DNA of 64,000 bases from Lama guanicoe. Lineage: Eukaryota. The position numbers were made by a program, and so were the translations under genes. Each line of letters opens with the position of its first letter. Position 1 is the first letter of the stretch. Under the pieces are notes generated by a model. That model saw only the letters and a list, made by a program, of their open reading frames with translations. It was not told where the DNA came from and made no database searches. The stretch lies in the NCBI GenBank assembly GCA_013239625.1, contig MU054323.1:2902161-2966160 (forward strand), written 5' to 3'. This document shows positions 13,031 to 25,735 of the stretch, piece by piece.

Positions 13031-13639
13031 CGTATGTTCGTCTACAAGACTCGTCATTTTAGTAAACTTTTTGATTCAGTAGAAATACTGTAGAAGGGTA
13101 ATTTACAGTTCCTTTCAGTGCATTCATTCACATACTCATATACAGGCTATTTACCATTTTATTCATTGAACCTGTTCTTCTCTTCTATGAGGGACTCAGG
13201 AAGCACAACAGAGGTAGCAATTCCCCAGAAGCAATTACCATCTTTGGCACTGTCATTACATAATACCATCTTACATTGGAGGAATACTCTGCAATCCACA
13301 GAAGGCTTTCAAAGATTACTTTATTTTCTTGTCACAAGAAGGTAGAAAGGGCAAGTGTTAGATGAGCCCTTTTGCAATCCACAGATCGTGCATTTTGTAA
13401 TCATCTTGGCAGCACATTTATTCTCACAAATTTCCTTCTTTTCAAGCAAGTGGTTAAAGGATTCCACATCCCAGGAGTGCTTCCAGACTCACAGCTGGTG
13501 AGATAACCCAGAAATGTTTGAAAGGATGGCAGGATGAGGCAGGGCGGGTTAGTTAAGTGGTAAATAAACATGTGGATAATTAATAAGTAGCAATGTCAAT
13601 AAAATAAATTGACCTCCAAAAGAGGAAGGTATCAGAGAG

Positions 13640-13855
13640 ACAGTGTAAGTGAGCAGCCCTGGATCAGGACCCTAGGGTCCCGGCTTCCGGGTTGTTTGTT
13701 TAGCCTCCATGAGCCCCTAGTTTTATCATCTACTCAGTAGGAATTGAAATCTCCCCCACCTACCCCGAATGCTCATTGAGAGTCGACAGAAAATATCCAG
13801 CACAAAGCTGTGCAAACTGTACAGCAGTGAGCAAATGCAGGGAAGTTATTATCAT
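13640..13855. mobile_element. MIR fragment
   Basis: tttagcctccatgagcccctagttttatcatcta...tgtgcaaactgtacagcagtgagcaaatgcaggga. Confidence 0.55.
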
Positions 13856-14056
13856 CCTTGACAAATTGAGAGGTGCTCCCTTTCCACCCGAAGTTGCCAG
13901 AGATTGGTTTATAGTAATAACATCTGTCGGGCTGAGGCCCCATTGAAGATCATAAGACCCACGGAGGCAGGAATCTGGTTTCTGGATTCTCTGAAGTGCA
14001 GATGAGGCTGTTTCTCAGGAAACTCCTATTGTTTTTTTTTTTGTTTTTAGTTAGTT

Positions 14057-14087
14057 TTTGTTTGTTTGTTTGTTTGTTTGTTTGTTT
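14057..14087. repeat. (TTTG)n microsatellite
   Basis: Direct reading. Confidence 0.9.
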
Positions 14088-14859
14088 GGTTTGGTTGGTA
14101 TTTTTTAAGAGAGAGATAATAATTGAATTCTAAGCGGCTTTAAGGCTCCTTCCAAACAGAACCTATAGTTTCCAGGATGCCCAGGCACTGGCTACAACTC
14201 TTAAATGAATGTACTCAGACGTGGGCAGAGCATGTGGCATTCAGACGAAGATTCCCCGACACTGTATTCCAAGCCCCTCACAAGGTCAAGTGCGTGTCCC
14301 ATCCCCCAGCCTGGGCCACTTCTCATCCTCAGGATTAGCCACTGGCAGCCCCTTTGCTGGAATCTGATTCAAAGAACTAGTCAGTAATTTCTGAGAGAAT
14401 CCATGCTCCCACTCACATGTACACACGATGGTTTTTGACAGTGGATAACAACGTGGATGACGAAAGTCCCCTTGAGTGCACTTTGTCTCAGGAAATTCCT
14501 CACTCACAGAGTATAAAAGAGGGCAAAGTGACAACAGTGACAGTGGCAGCACCTGCTGAAAAGAATTTCCTGTAGGATTAGTTATCAGACACCTGGGACC
14601 AGCTCCAGGTTGTGCCAATTATCAGCCAGAGCAGGTGTCTTCAGTTGCTTCTTGTTTTGGCCTCACTTTACAAATCTATACAATGAGGGCAACAGTTCTT
14701 GCTATTACACATTATGAAATTGTCATAATGATTAAATATATCAATTACTTGACAACTCTAAAGTGCTATGTTCCTATCATCAGCTAATGTGTATCTACTA
14801 CATGCCCTAAAACTAAATAATTACTAGTGACCATACACAACTCTACATTGTAGAATAAA

Positions 14860-15090
14860 GGCTGCCATTTACTGCCTACCTGCCCTGCTTGCACTGCTCT
14901 AATAAGCCTGTCACAGGTTAGAACTCATTTAATTCTCACAACCAACCAACGGTGGCACCGTTATCATCCCACAGGACTCAGGCTCACATTGCTTAAGTGA
15001 AAAGCACCACAGCTCACAAGTGGTCCAGCCAGAATTTGGACCCAGGCACTCTGACTCCAGAACGTGTGTCCGTAACCACTGTGCTAGACT
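14860..15090. mobile_element. MIR SINE
   Basis: actcatttaattctcacaaccaacc...ccagaatttggacccaggcactctgactccagaacgtgtgtccgtaaccactgtgcta. Confidence 0.7.
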
Positions 15091-15130
15091 CCTTGTCGTA
15101 CACATGGGGATGTATACACATGCATTTTTA

Positions 15131-15743
15131 AACTCTTTATTTGGAAATAATTTCAGACTTACAGAAAAATTGCAAACATACTAGAAAGAATTCCTGTATT
15201 TATTTTCCCCTCGATTCCTCAAATGTTAACACTTTAGCACATTTGCTTTATCATCCCCTCGCCCCCTCTCCCTACACAAACACACACACATATTCACATT
15301 TTTCTGAACCCTTTGAGAGTAAGTTGCAGACGTGAGGCCTTTCTACGTCTAAGTACCTCTGTACATCCCCTTAAACAAGGACATCCTCTTACGCAGCCAC
15401 GGTATACTTGCTAAAAATCAGAAATTAACAAAGATAAACTATTATCTAGTCTACAGGTTATATTCACATTCAGCTAATTATCTCAGTAGTATCCTTTATA
15501 GCAACATTTGCGTTGTGGGTTTTTGGATTTTATTTCCCCCCCAGATGCCGTCCAGGATCACACGCGCCATGACCTTCACATTTTTGAAGACAACTGAGCT
15601 TGGGCTTTTCTGATGTTTTCCCCTGATTAGATTCAGGTTACGCATAGTGGGCCAGCAAGCCACAGAAGTGACGATGCGTCCTTCTCAGCCATCGTATCAG
15701 GAAGCATATGATATCTATTTCTCCCATTACTGGTGATGTAAAA
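15131..15743 (-). mobile_element. L1MC-type 3' end, 5'-truncated, with 15-bp TSD
   Basis: tttggaaataatttcagacttacagaaaaattgcaa...gagagtaagttgcagac...gattagattcaggtta; flanks acacatgcattttta (15116-15130) and acacacgtattttta (15744-15758). Confidence 0.8.
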
Positions 15744-15994
15744 ACACACGTATTTTTAACCCACGCTGCTTGTTTATCATGTTAACATGCCTCCCCAGCT
15801 GCCCGGGAAGCTCCCCAGGGGTAAGATGGGCCGACTGGTGCCTGCACCCTCCACCACACCGGGCACGGGCGGGACACGCAGTCTGTGCTCCTCTGCACAC
15901 TCTTGCTCTGTTTTCTCCTTCCTGACCCAGTCTCTCCTGGTGATTCTCCCACGGTCACTCCCTATGATGACAGCATCAAGGACAAGCCCTCCTG

Positions 15995-16130
15995 TTTCCT
16001 CCTTCATTCATTCTATAGGTAGAATACCCTACTTGATTTATGGAGCACCTTTTCCATGTCAGGCCCTGAACTGGATGCTGGGGAATGCGGATGTAAACAA
16101 AACACAGCGCCACTGTCCTCAGGGAGCTGG
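15995..16130 (+). mobile_element. L2 fragment
   Basis: ttcattcattc...atttatggagcacctttccatgtcaggccctgaactggatgctggggaatgcggatgtaaacaaaacacag. Confidence 0.6.
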
Positions 16131-16779
16131 CGCTGCCTCCATCAACCCACACAGCGGACAGGCAATCAAACACTCATCTGTCCTCCACCACCAAGACGTC
16201 TCTCCCCACCACCCACCCCCACTTTCCCACCTTGTTTCTCAACAACCAGGATCCTGCCATCTGTGTCACAAACCACCCAGTCGTCAAGTGTCACAAGCTC
16301 CTAGGAAGTTCATGTGTTTCCTTCTTGGTTGCATGTTTTTGTTATTATTAGCAGTTTCCCTGAAGCAGGACCTCAACCAAAGGAGTGATTCTCGTGGTAG
16401 GAAGTCCAGGAGGAGGGAGGTTTTGGGCAGCAGTGTCGTTTGGGACCCCCTACACCACACACCACAGTGGGTGTCCCTGCTCCGCTGCGCTGTGAGTGGG
16501 ACCCCCACAGAGAACTCATTCCCTCTCGCTCCACCACTCACCCTGCAGGAGGCAAAAGTCCCAATGCAGATGTCATCTCGTTAACCTCCATAAAGCAGTT
16601 TAACAAGGCAGAAAAAGAGGAAATGTGATTGACACCATCTTCAGCCCACCAAAAATGTCTTTGGTTTATCTCTTTGACCTAATTAGAAAATGCAGAATCT
16701 AGTCACCTTTTCATTTATGGGAAGGCTGGCTCCGTGAGGTGCCAAGCTCAAGGTGATCCAGAGAAAACGCCAGGAAAAT

Positions 16780-17050
16780 GTGCCCCTGCCCTCCTGGCGC
16801 TTGTGGTCCCTGCCCGCCCACCCCCCACCCCCCAGCCAGCAAACAGAACGGGCATTCCGTCAACCTGTCAGCACGTCATCGCCGGGGACAGACCCTAATG
16901 GCCTTTGACAAGTGCACGTGTTACCATCCACTCAGGGCCGGTGATTAAAGAGAAACAGCAACACACACTGCTGCTTTCAGAGAAAGTGGTCTCTCTCTCT
17001 GGGGACGGGGCTTCTGCTGGGCCCCCGGCGGCAGTGCAGACAGACAGGAG
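16780..17050. promoter_or_regulatory. CpG-enriched candidate enhancer with a G-quadruplex motif
   Basis: Local CpG enrichment; CACGTG at 16915-16920; ACGTCA, CTGTCA, CCTTTGA and CATTCC motifs; C-runs at 16808-16833. Confidence 0.35.
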
Positions 17051-17300
17051 GCCGGCCGAGCAGGGTTAAGAACGCGGGCCCTGGAGTCCCAGGGCCTGGA
17101 CTGCGGTGCCAGCTCCAACACCTACAAGCTGGGGCCCTCAGATATATTACTTAACCGAGCTAGCTAAATCACCTTACCTGTAAAACTGGAATACTAATAG
17201 AACCTCTCTCATAATGTTATGAGGACTAAAGGAGATAATTCCCTGAAGGCTGTTGAGCCCTGCTGCCAGGCACATAATAAGTCCTCAAGAATTTGTTAAG
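17050..17300. mobile_element. MIR SINE
   Basis: ggttaagaacgcgggccctggagtcc...acctgtaaaactggaatactaatagaacctctctcata...ggcacataataagtcctcaa. Confidence 0.75.
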
Positions 17301-19499
17301 ATTTTCTAGTCTTCCTGGAGCTGGGGCTGAGTGTAAGGTGTCTTTCTGTCCCCATTTCCAGGTGGGCCCCGAGTTTCTACACCAAAGAGGTTCATGGGGC
17401 AATCTTCCTGGAATTCATACTAACGCTATGTTTTTACCAAAGCCTAAGAAAATTTGAAATTTCTACAGCAAAAATGGGGGAGAGGGGGTCAGTCCTTCCT
17501 GATCCCAAAGAAATCTTCTGTAAGAACCCCCTTTAGAAGGTGCTACAAATACCTGGAAGATTAAACACCCAGGACTCAGCCAGAATTTGTGGGCCATTTA
17601 CTATTAAAAAGGTACCCCTTTGTCTGCCTCTGTGTTCACGTTTAAGAAAATTTAGGTATGTCACCTTTTCTCCCATGTGAAGCATTTGGCACTTTTTTAA
17701 AAGCTGGTATTTTGCATCCTTTCCCCTTGTTTCGAGGTAACTTTACTTTCAATTATTAGAGTATTATTTAGCTTTTGAGTGTTCTTTACATGTTTTAACT
17801 TCTGTCTAAACTTTTACCTTCTGATTTTACAGTCTCTTTTTTTTTTGCTTCTCAGTGCTTTAGTTTTATTTTTTCTGTTGCTGTTTAATATTTGTTTATG
17901 TCTTTTGTTTTATTTTCCACAATTTTTAACTTTTAAATTGTTATCTTTAACTATTTAAGCCTCTTTCATCTTTGTCTAATAACGCTATTTTAAACCATTC
18001 CAACATTTCTTATCATTCTGTTTTTAAAACCTTTCCTCCTCCGATGCACTTGATTCTTTAAGCCTTCCATTTCTAAGATTTCTGGTTTTTATCATTTGTC
18101 TTGTGGTTTTATCTTCTTTAAACATTTTTATGTTAGCATTGGCCTAGAACGTCAGGCAGAAATCTGCACCTTGTTGGAGGGGTCACGGTCACGGAGAGAC
18201 ATATTCAGGGAGCCGTTCAATACCTTTGCCCTGTCTCCTCCACCACAGCTGCCCCTCTGAAGCCCCTTAATTGGACTTCCATCAATTTTTAAGTCAGTCC
18301 CCAAGAGTCGTAACCTAAGTAATGTGTGAAACCCTCAAGTTTAAATTCCTTTCTCAAGACAACACGCATGCATCACACACAGTTCATTCCTCTTTAAGTT
18401 AGAAAGGTCACGGTCTAGCCTGGGGTCATCCCCAGCCAACCCTGGGAAATCAAGCGAGCCAGGTGTGCAGTGAGTGAACCACTGGCCAGGAGAGGTGACA
18501 GAGGCAAGTGGTTTCAACATCGTTTCGACCTTGCCACCAGACCAAGCGCCCCGATCGGAGGGTTCTGGCAGCTCTGCAAAGTCTTGGCACAGTCTCAACC
18601 CCAGAGGAGAACACTACTGGACGAAGGCCATGCTGGCTCACAGACTAGAGTTTGTAAGTTTGTCTCTATCTCAAAACTAAACACGAACTCCAGTATGGAG
18701 TGAAACTGGGCAGGATAGGATAAACCTTGTTCTAAGTCACCACTTGCAGCATCCAAATAATCGATCTTAGCAGGCAAGGCAACTGAAATAATCATTTTAA
18801 TCGAAGCAATACTTTAAGACTTTCACTGCTCTGTCACACTCCCTGTTTCATGTGACCCCCACCTGTAAGCAATGAGGAATGAACTCAAAGGATCACTCAA
18901 CAGACCTGATGACACACAGTATGTGACAGACCTGGAACTGGAGCCCAGGTCTCCTGCCCTTCCGCGGCATCCTTCCTCCTGTATCGGGGGCACCTCTTCA
19001 TGTCATCCACAGCAAGAACCTCCATGCCAACAACAAGAATGTGTCTGTGGGTGGTGGTGTCTCCGGGGCCACAACCCACCTGCTGACTGGGTCCTGAAAT
19101 TATTTTCTAACTTAAGGAGAGATTTGGGGGAACAACGTGACTTAAATCCATTCTCAAGGGCAAATGACTAACAGCAGATTCCTTCTGGAAAGCAAACTGA
19201 CAAGGGCAAAGGGGAAAAAAGCGCTGGCCACCAAGATGATACAGAGATATCCAGAGAAGAAAAAGCAAGATGGGAAAATGAGAGCCAAACAATGACCCTC
19301 CACTCTCCCCAAAACCCCGCCGGCTTCCACCCCATCAGATTCTGACACCTGCTGATCACCGGGCTCCACCGTGAGCCACAGCTCTTCAATTTTGGTGTTA
19401 AAAAGTGGCTACAGAGGTCCTCATTTTCCAAACCGGGTCTTTAAACAATATATCTATGTCCAGTCTCTGGGACAAAACTTAGCCTCAGGGCTCCAGGTC

Positions 19500-20200
19500 A
19501 CTGAACATGTATAACAGTGATTGAAACATTTTGTGGAACAAACAAATTAACTTCCTGAATGAAAAATACGACCTTGCCTATTATAGAAGCGTAAATCCCA
19601 AATGTGAAATTTATCTCTAATAGCCTATCAGGAAAAGTATCTGAACTCAATACCCCCTTGCCTATTGAATAACACTAATCCTGTGCGATCACTCTTCGTA
19701 ACCCCGCTTGTCTCTAGTTTGACTCGAGCTTGTTAAAACTAACCCATTTTTCTTCCATGAAAGATGTAATCAGTAGTAAGGAAACTAGAACTTCGGTGAT
19801 CCTGCTAATCAATCTATGTTCCACAAATGAAAACACTCCCCAATCGGTAATTAAGTTTTCAATGATGAAGTAATTAAGTATTTCACTCTGAATTCCCTCT
19901 GCTCTGCATCTGGGGCTTTGTCCGTGTTGTATTTTCTGAGCCCCTGTGTGTGCAATCTTGTTTTATTTATGGCTGGGCCTTTCCAAGCTTTCTGAAATTC
20001 TGTCTCAACCACGCGAAGGCAAAGGGAAGCTTGACAATTAAGTGCTGAACTCGATTATTGCAGTCAGCCAGGCCAGGTAAGGCGGGGACACCTGATCCAC
20101 ACTTGGCCCGGAGTTATCAAGAAAACATGATTACATAGTTCAGGGGAGTTGTAGGAGTTCAACACAGGAAAGCGGAAGTCAAATGTTTTCTTAGTTAATC
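19500..20200. promoter_or_regulatory. Candidate conserved enhancer (homeodomain and ETS motif cluster)
   Basis: No recognisable TE; GTAATTAAGT twice (19847, 19870), CAATTAAG (20035), TAATCC (19676), GCGGAAGT (20172). Confidence 0.35.
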
Positions 20201-21080
20201 TTGATGAGGTGCTCTGGGGAAATGAGAGATCAGCCTCAGTCTTCCAAACAGATGTCTGTCATGGTTTGAGCCCATCACGATGGCCCTTCTCCTGGTGTTC
20301 TCGCAGAGGAATGAAAAATGCCAAGGCCATGCTGATTCAAAAATGCATTTTTAGTTGCCTGACCAAGGTGGAACAAGACATGTTACCAAAATCCACTTAC
20401 TACAACTTTACACTGTAAATATATGCCTGGAGATTTTCTTAAGAAATCTTTAATCTTCCTCTTCACACTCATGGTCAGCTGTCAACCAGTTATAAGGAAG
20501 CAGCATGAAAGGATCCAGGATGAGCAGTGCTGCTCTCACAGTCCCCAAGCCTCGAAGGCCAGACGCATTGATTATATGAAATTCCTGTCCTGTCTCAAAT
20601 TCACTCCCCGCCCATCTACCTCTGGAAAACTGCCATTAGCAAAAGGTAATCATGTGTATGTTCAAGGTCTTCCTCATGGCTCAAACTCTTCAAGTTTTCT
20701 CATTTTAAAACAGCAGCCACAATTTCCTGCCCCTAAAGAATTCTTAGGTTAGCAGGGTGGGGAGAAGAAGGAACAACTGCAAAGAATGTGCTCTTTCAGA
20801 AGGTGAGGGAGAATTTACGTGATGCACTTTGTCCCGGGGAAAACTGGAACTAACCAGGCATCAAATAGATCAAAATGAGAATGGGAAATAAGCAGCCAAT
20901 CTCCATGGAGAACAAGATGGCATTTAAGGTCAGTAGCAGGACCTAGTGGGAAGAACCCTAGACTAGGTATCAGAAGACCTGGATTTTAATCCTGGATCTA
21001 GCACCGAACAGCCATAGAACTTGACATCTCCAAAAGGACTGGGTTCTTTTGTAAGTTGTCAACATCATCATCAGGAATTC

Positions 21081-21610
21081 TTTTTTTTTTTTATAGACTA
21101 TTCTTTTAGAGCAGTTTCAGTTTCACAACAGAACTGAGTAGAAAATACAGAAAGTTTGCACATAGCCCTCACCACCCACACATATATACTCCTCTACCCT
21201 CAACACTCCTCATCAGTGTGGCATGTTTGGTACAATCGATGAACCAACATGGACACGTTATTATGAACCAAGGTCCATAGTTTACATTAGGGTTCACTCT
21301 TGATGTACATTCTATGAGTTTTGACAAATGCATAATGACACAGCCACAAGTATAGTATCACACAGAATAATTTCATTGCCCTAAAAACCCCTTGTCCTCC
21401 ATCTATTCATTCCTCCCTCCTTCCCTCTCCCCAAACCCCTGGAAATCATGATCTTTTTTGATGTTTCTGTAGCTGTGACTTTTCCAGATTGTCTTTGGTT
21501 GGAATCCTACAGTTTGTAGCCTTTTCAGACTGGCTTCTTTCATTTAGTAATACGTCTTTTAAGTTTCTTCCATGGCTTTCATGGCTTGATAGATCTTTTT
21601 TTTACTGCAC
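21081..21610 (-). mobile_element. L1MC1/L1MB-type 3' end
   Basis: Poly-T followed by tagagcagtttcagtttcacaacagaactgag...tccatagtttacattagggttcactcttg...cagactggcttctttcatttagtaat. Confidence 0.85.
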
Positions 21611-21714
21611 ATATATTTTTAAATTTACATATATGTACTGTTCAATTGTTTCTCAGAATACTTAGAGCTTTAGCTTTTTAAACTTAGTTATCAAAGGAAT
21701 AAAGCCAACCACAA

Positions 21715-21898
21715 AGTAAGAATTAATTCAAAAAGATACATACACCCTTCTATTAACAGCAACATTATTTATAATTGCCAAGATATGGAAGCATCCTAAG
21801 TGCACAACAATAGTCCAATAGATAATGAAGATGCAGCATATATATATGTAATGGAATACAACTCACCCATAAAAAAGAAGGATATTTTGCCATTTGCG
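21715..21898 (+). mobile_element. L1 ORF2 C-terminal fragment
   Basis: aaaagatacatacaccc...ccaagatatggaagcatcctaagtg...aatggaatacaactc...ttttgccatttgc. Confidence 0.75.
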
Positions 21899-24099
21899 GA
21901 CCTTCATTCACTTTTTTTTCACTTCAAAAGCAGAATTTTATAACTGGCAGAGACACTCCTTGATTTAAGCTAGAAAATTAGAAGATTCATACATGATCAG
22001 CAGAGTAGTCTAAATATATCACCATTTTGACAATTTACTGAGGAATATCTCAGATTTGTCTATCCCCCAAATTATTCTCTTCCTCAGCCTAAATGTCTTC
22101 TTTGCTTGGAAAATATAGTCAATGGAGCAATGATGTCAACAATAACAACAAAAAAAAATGACAGACATCACTCCAAAACACCTCTCTTATGAAGAAAAAG
22201 ATTTGAACATGCTTATGCATACATAAGTTAAAAATAAAGGATCAAAATTCTTTCATGAACTTGCTCATAGCATCATCAGTTGGGCTTAAGAATTTAGTTA
22301 CAAGGTCAATTAGCAGGTAGGGACAAAATGCCTCACATGATTGCAGAATCAGCCATTCTGCCAGCCTAAGAGAAGATTATCAACACTGTACTGGAGCAAA
22401 AAGAACCAAGAAATAGGAAAGGTTCTACTTTTGAACAATACTATTATAGGTATTCAACAGCATGTCAAGTGACCCAGACACTCATCTAAATCATTAAATT
22501 TAGAAGTGTTTTCACTTTAGGTTCCACAATCTATAGACGCTAGTAACTGCCCAGTTAATGACACTAGTTACTATCACTGAGGAAGGAATAGTTGGAAAAT
22601 ACCATTTGTTTTGTAAAAAAGTATCAAAATAAATTATCAGAGGTAAAATAACATATTTAAAGTAATAAAGTCAATACTTTGTAAGTTCGTAACAAGTATG
22701 AGATGAAAGAAACACACAGTTGGTTTGTGATCTGCTGTGGTGTTGTTGCAAATGACAGGACAACAGAACAACAGATTTTACACCTTCCTCAACATCATAG
22801 GATTGAGATAATGATTTATTCACACAGAGGTTTCCTACATAAACATCTGAATTTCACATTAAATCATGTTACCAGGATGGTGATCCTAATAAAACCCACA
22901 AACTTCAGTTTCTATGAAGAAATAAAATAAGAATACAACTCTATTCATTTTAAATAAAATTATCTTGGCTCCCTAAAGGAAGAATTTTAAAGACCCCAAA
23001 TAGCCAAAACAATCTTGAGAAAGAAGGACAGAGCTGGAGGAATCACGCTCCCTGACTTCAGATTATACTACAAAGCTACAGTAATCAAACCAGTATGGTA
23101 CTGGCACAAAAACAGACACATAGATCAATGGAACAGGATAGAAAGCCCAGAAATAAACCCACACACGTATGGTCAATTAACCTATGACAAAGGAAGCAAG
23201 AACATATGGCAGAGAAGAGACACTGTCTTCAATAAGTGGCCCTAGGAAAACTGGATAGCCACAAGTAACAGAATGAAATTAGAATATTCTCTAACACCCT
23301 ATACAAAAATAAACTCAAAATAGATTAAAGACCTAAATGTAACACCAGATACTGTAGAACTCATACAGGAAAACACAGGCAGAACATTCTTTGATATAAA
23401 TCACAACAATATGTTTTTGGAGCCATCTCCTAAAGTAATGGAAATAAAAACAAAAATAAACAAATGGGACCTAATTAAACTTTAAAGCTCTTTCACAGCA
23501 AAGGAAACCTTAAACAAAATGAAAAGACAACCCACAGACTGGGAGAAAATATTTGCAAATGATGCAACCTACAAGAAATTAATTTCCAAAATATACAAAC
23601 AGTTCATGCAGCTTAAAATCAAAAATAAACAACCCAATCAAAAAATGGGCAGAAGACATTTCTAAACAGACATTTCTCTAAAGAAGACATGCAGATGGCC
23701 AACAGGCATATTAAAAATGCTCAATAGTGCTAATTATTAGAGAAATGCAAATCAAAACTACAATGAGGTATCACCTCACACCAGTCAGAATGGCCATCAT
23801 TAAAAAGACCACAAACAATAAATGCTGGAGAGGGTGTGGAGAAAAAGAAACCCTCCTACACTGTTGGTAGGAATGTAATTTGGTGCAGCCACTATGGAGA
23901 ATAGTATGGGCATTCCTTAAAAAAACAGAAACAGAGTTACCATATCATCCTGAAATCCTGGGTGTATTTCCAGAGAACACTCTAATTCAAAAAGAAAACA
24001 TGCCCCTCAGTGTTCATAGCAGCATTATTTACAATAGCCAAGATATGGATGCAACCTAAATGTCCATCAACAGATAACTGGATAAAGAAGTTGTGGTAA

Positions 24100-24106
24100 A
24101 TATATA

Positions 24107-24145
<39 letters not shown>

Positions 24146-24171
24146 TAAATATACATATACACACACACACA
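24100..24171. repeat. Compound (TA)n/(TG)n/(CA)n microsatellite inside L1
   Basis: Direct reading. Confidence 0.9.
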
Positions 24172-24598
24172 CAATGGAATACAACTCAGCCATAAAAAAT
24201 AATGAAATAATGCTATTTGCAGCAACATAAATGGACCTAGAGATTACCATATTAAGTGAAGTCAGAGAAAGACAAATATCATATGATATCACTTATATGT
24301 GGAGTCTAAAAAAATGCTACAAATTAACTTATTTACAAAACAGAAACAGATTAAAAGATATAGAAAACAAATTTATGGTTACCAAAGGGGAAAGGAGTGG
24401 GGAGGGATAAATTAGGGATCTGGGATTAACAGACATACACTACTGTATATATGTGTTTGCTGTATATGTATATACACTATATATACTGTACATAAAATAG
24501 GTAAACAACAAGGACCTACTTATAGCACAGGGAACTATATTCAATATCTTGCAATAACCCATAATGGAAAAAATCTTAAAAAGAATAAATATATGTGT

Positions 24599-24599
<1 letters not shown>

Positions 24600-24632
<33 letters not shown>
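24600..24632. repeat. (TAGA)8 microsatellite in the L1 3' UTR
   Basis: Direct reading. Confidence 0.9.
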
Positions 24633-24822
24633 GTATAATTGAATCACTTTGCTGTACACCTGAAACTAACATAATATTGTAAATCAACTATACTTCAATT
24701 TAAAAAATGGTTTAAAAATAAAGACATTATGATCTAATAAAAAAGACCTAAAAAACCAGGGGAGTGAAGGAAAGGAGTAAGTTTCATTTTGCAGATTTGT
24801 ATAAAGATAATTACTAGTTTCA

Positions 24823-25735
24823 AAATGCTCAATATCACTAATTATCAGAGAAATGGAAATCAAAACTGCAATGAAGTATCACCTCACACCAGTCAGAATG
24901 GCCATCATTCAAAAGTCCAAGTACGATAAATGCTGGAAAAGGTGTGGAGAAAAGGGAATCTTCCTACACTGTTGGTGGGAATGTAGGTTGGTGCAGCCAT
25001 TATGGAAAACAGTATGGAGAGTTCTCAAAAAACTAAAAATAGACTTCCCATATGATTTAGCAATCCCACTTCTGGGTATATAACCAAAGGGAACTCCAAG
25101 TCAAAAAGACACATGTGCCCCAATGTTCATAGCAGCACTATATACAATAGCCGAGACATGGAAGCAACCTAAATGCCCACTGACAGATGACTGGATAAAG
25201 AAGTTGTGGTATATTTATACAATGGAATACTACTATGCCATTAAAAAGAACAAAATAATGCCATTGGCAGCAACATTGATAGACCTAGAGATCATCATTC
25301 TAAGTGAAGTAAGCCAGAAAGAGAAAGAAAAATATCATATGATATCACTCATATGTGGTATCCTAAAAAAAACAAAAAAACAAAAAAAATCAAAACAAAA
25401 AAACGGGCCACTATGAACTCATCTACAAAACAGAAACGGACTCGCAGACATAGTAAACAATTTTATGGTTACCAGGGAAAATGGGTGGGAGGGGATAAAT
25501 TTGGGAGTTTGATATTTACAAATGTCAGCCACGATATATAAAAATAGATTTTAAAAAAAGAGTTTATTCTGTTTAACACAGCGAACTATGTTCAATATCT
25601 TGTAATAATCTTAAGTGGAAAAAATACAAAAACGAATACACGTATGTATATGCATGACAGGGATATTGTGCTGTACACCAGAGATAGACACATTGTAATT
25701 GACTGTAATTCAATTTAAAATTTTTTGGAAAAAAA
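24823..25735 (+). mobile_element. 5'-truncated younger L1 (camelid-type 3' UTR) with 20-bp TSD
   Basis: ORFs 24853-25083 and 25123-25416 encode the L1 ORF2 C-terminus (HCWWEC...QPLWK, WKQPKCP); TSD aaagataattactagtttca (24803-24822) and aaagataattattagtttca (25736-25755). Confidence 0.95.

Larger units (their letters stand above)
22995..24718 (+). mobile_element. 5'-truncated L1 (ORF2 3' part and 3' UTR), cetartiodactyl-type
   Basis: ORF 23015-23245 [39 protein letters not shown] is canonical L1 ORF2; stops and frameshifts follow; taaagac flanks both ends (22988-22994, 24719-24725). Confidence 0.95.

Noticed and set aside
15787..16584. Longest ORF in the track (265 aa)
   Set aside because: Crosses an L2 fragment and an LTR-like segment; low-complexity Pro/Ser/His composition; no recognisable domain; consistent with a chance ORF in GC-rich DNA.
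23015..25416. L1 ORF2-like ORFs as functional CDS
   Set aside because: 5'-truncated, broken by stops and frameshifts, and lacking the endonuclease and RT core; retrotransposon fossils.
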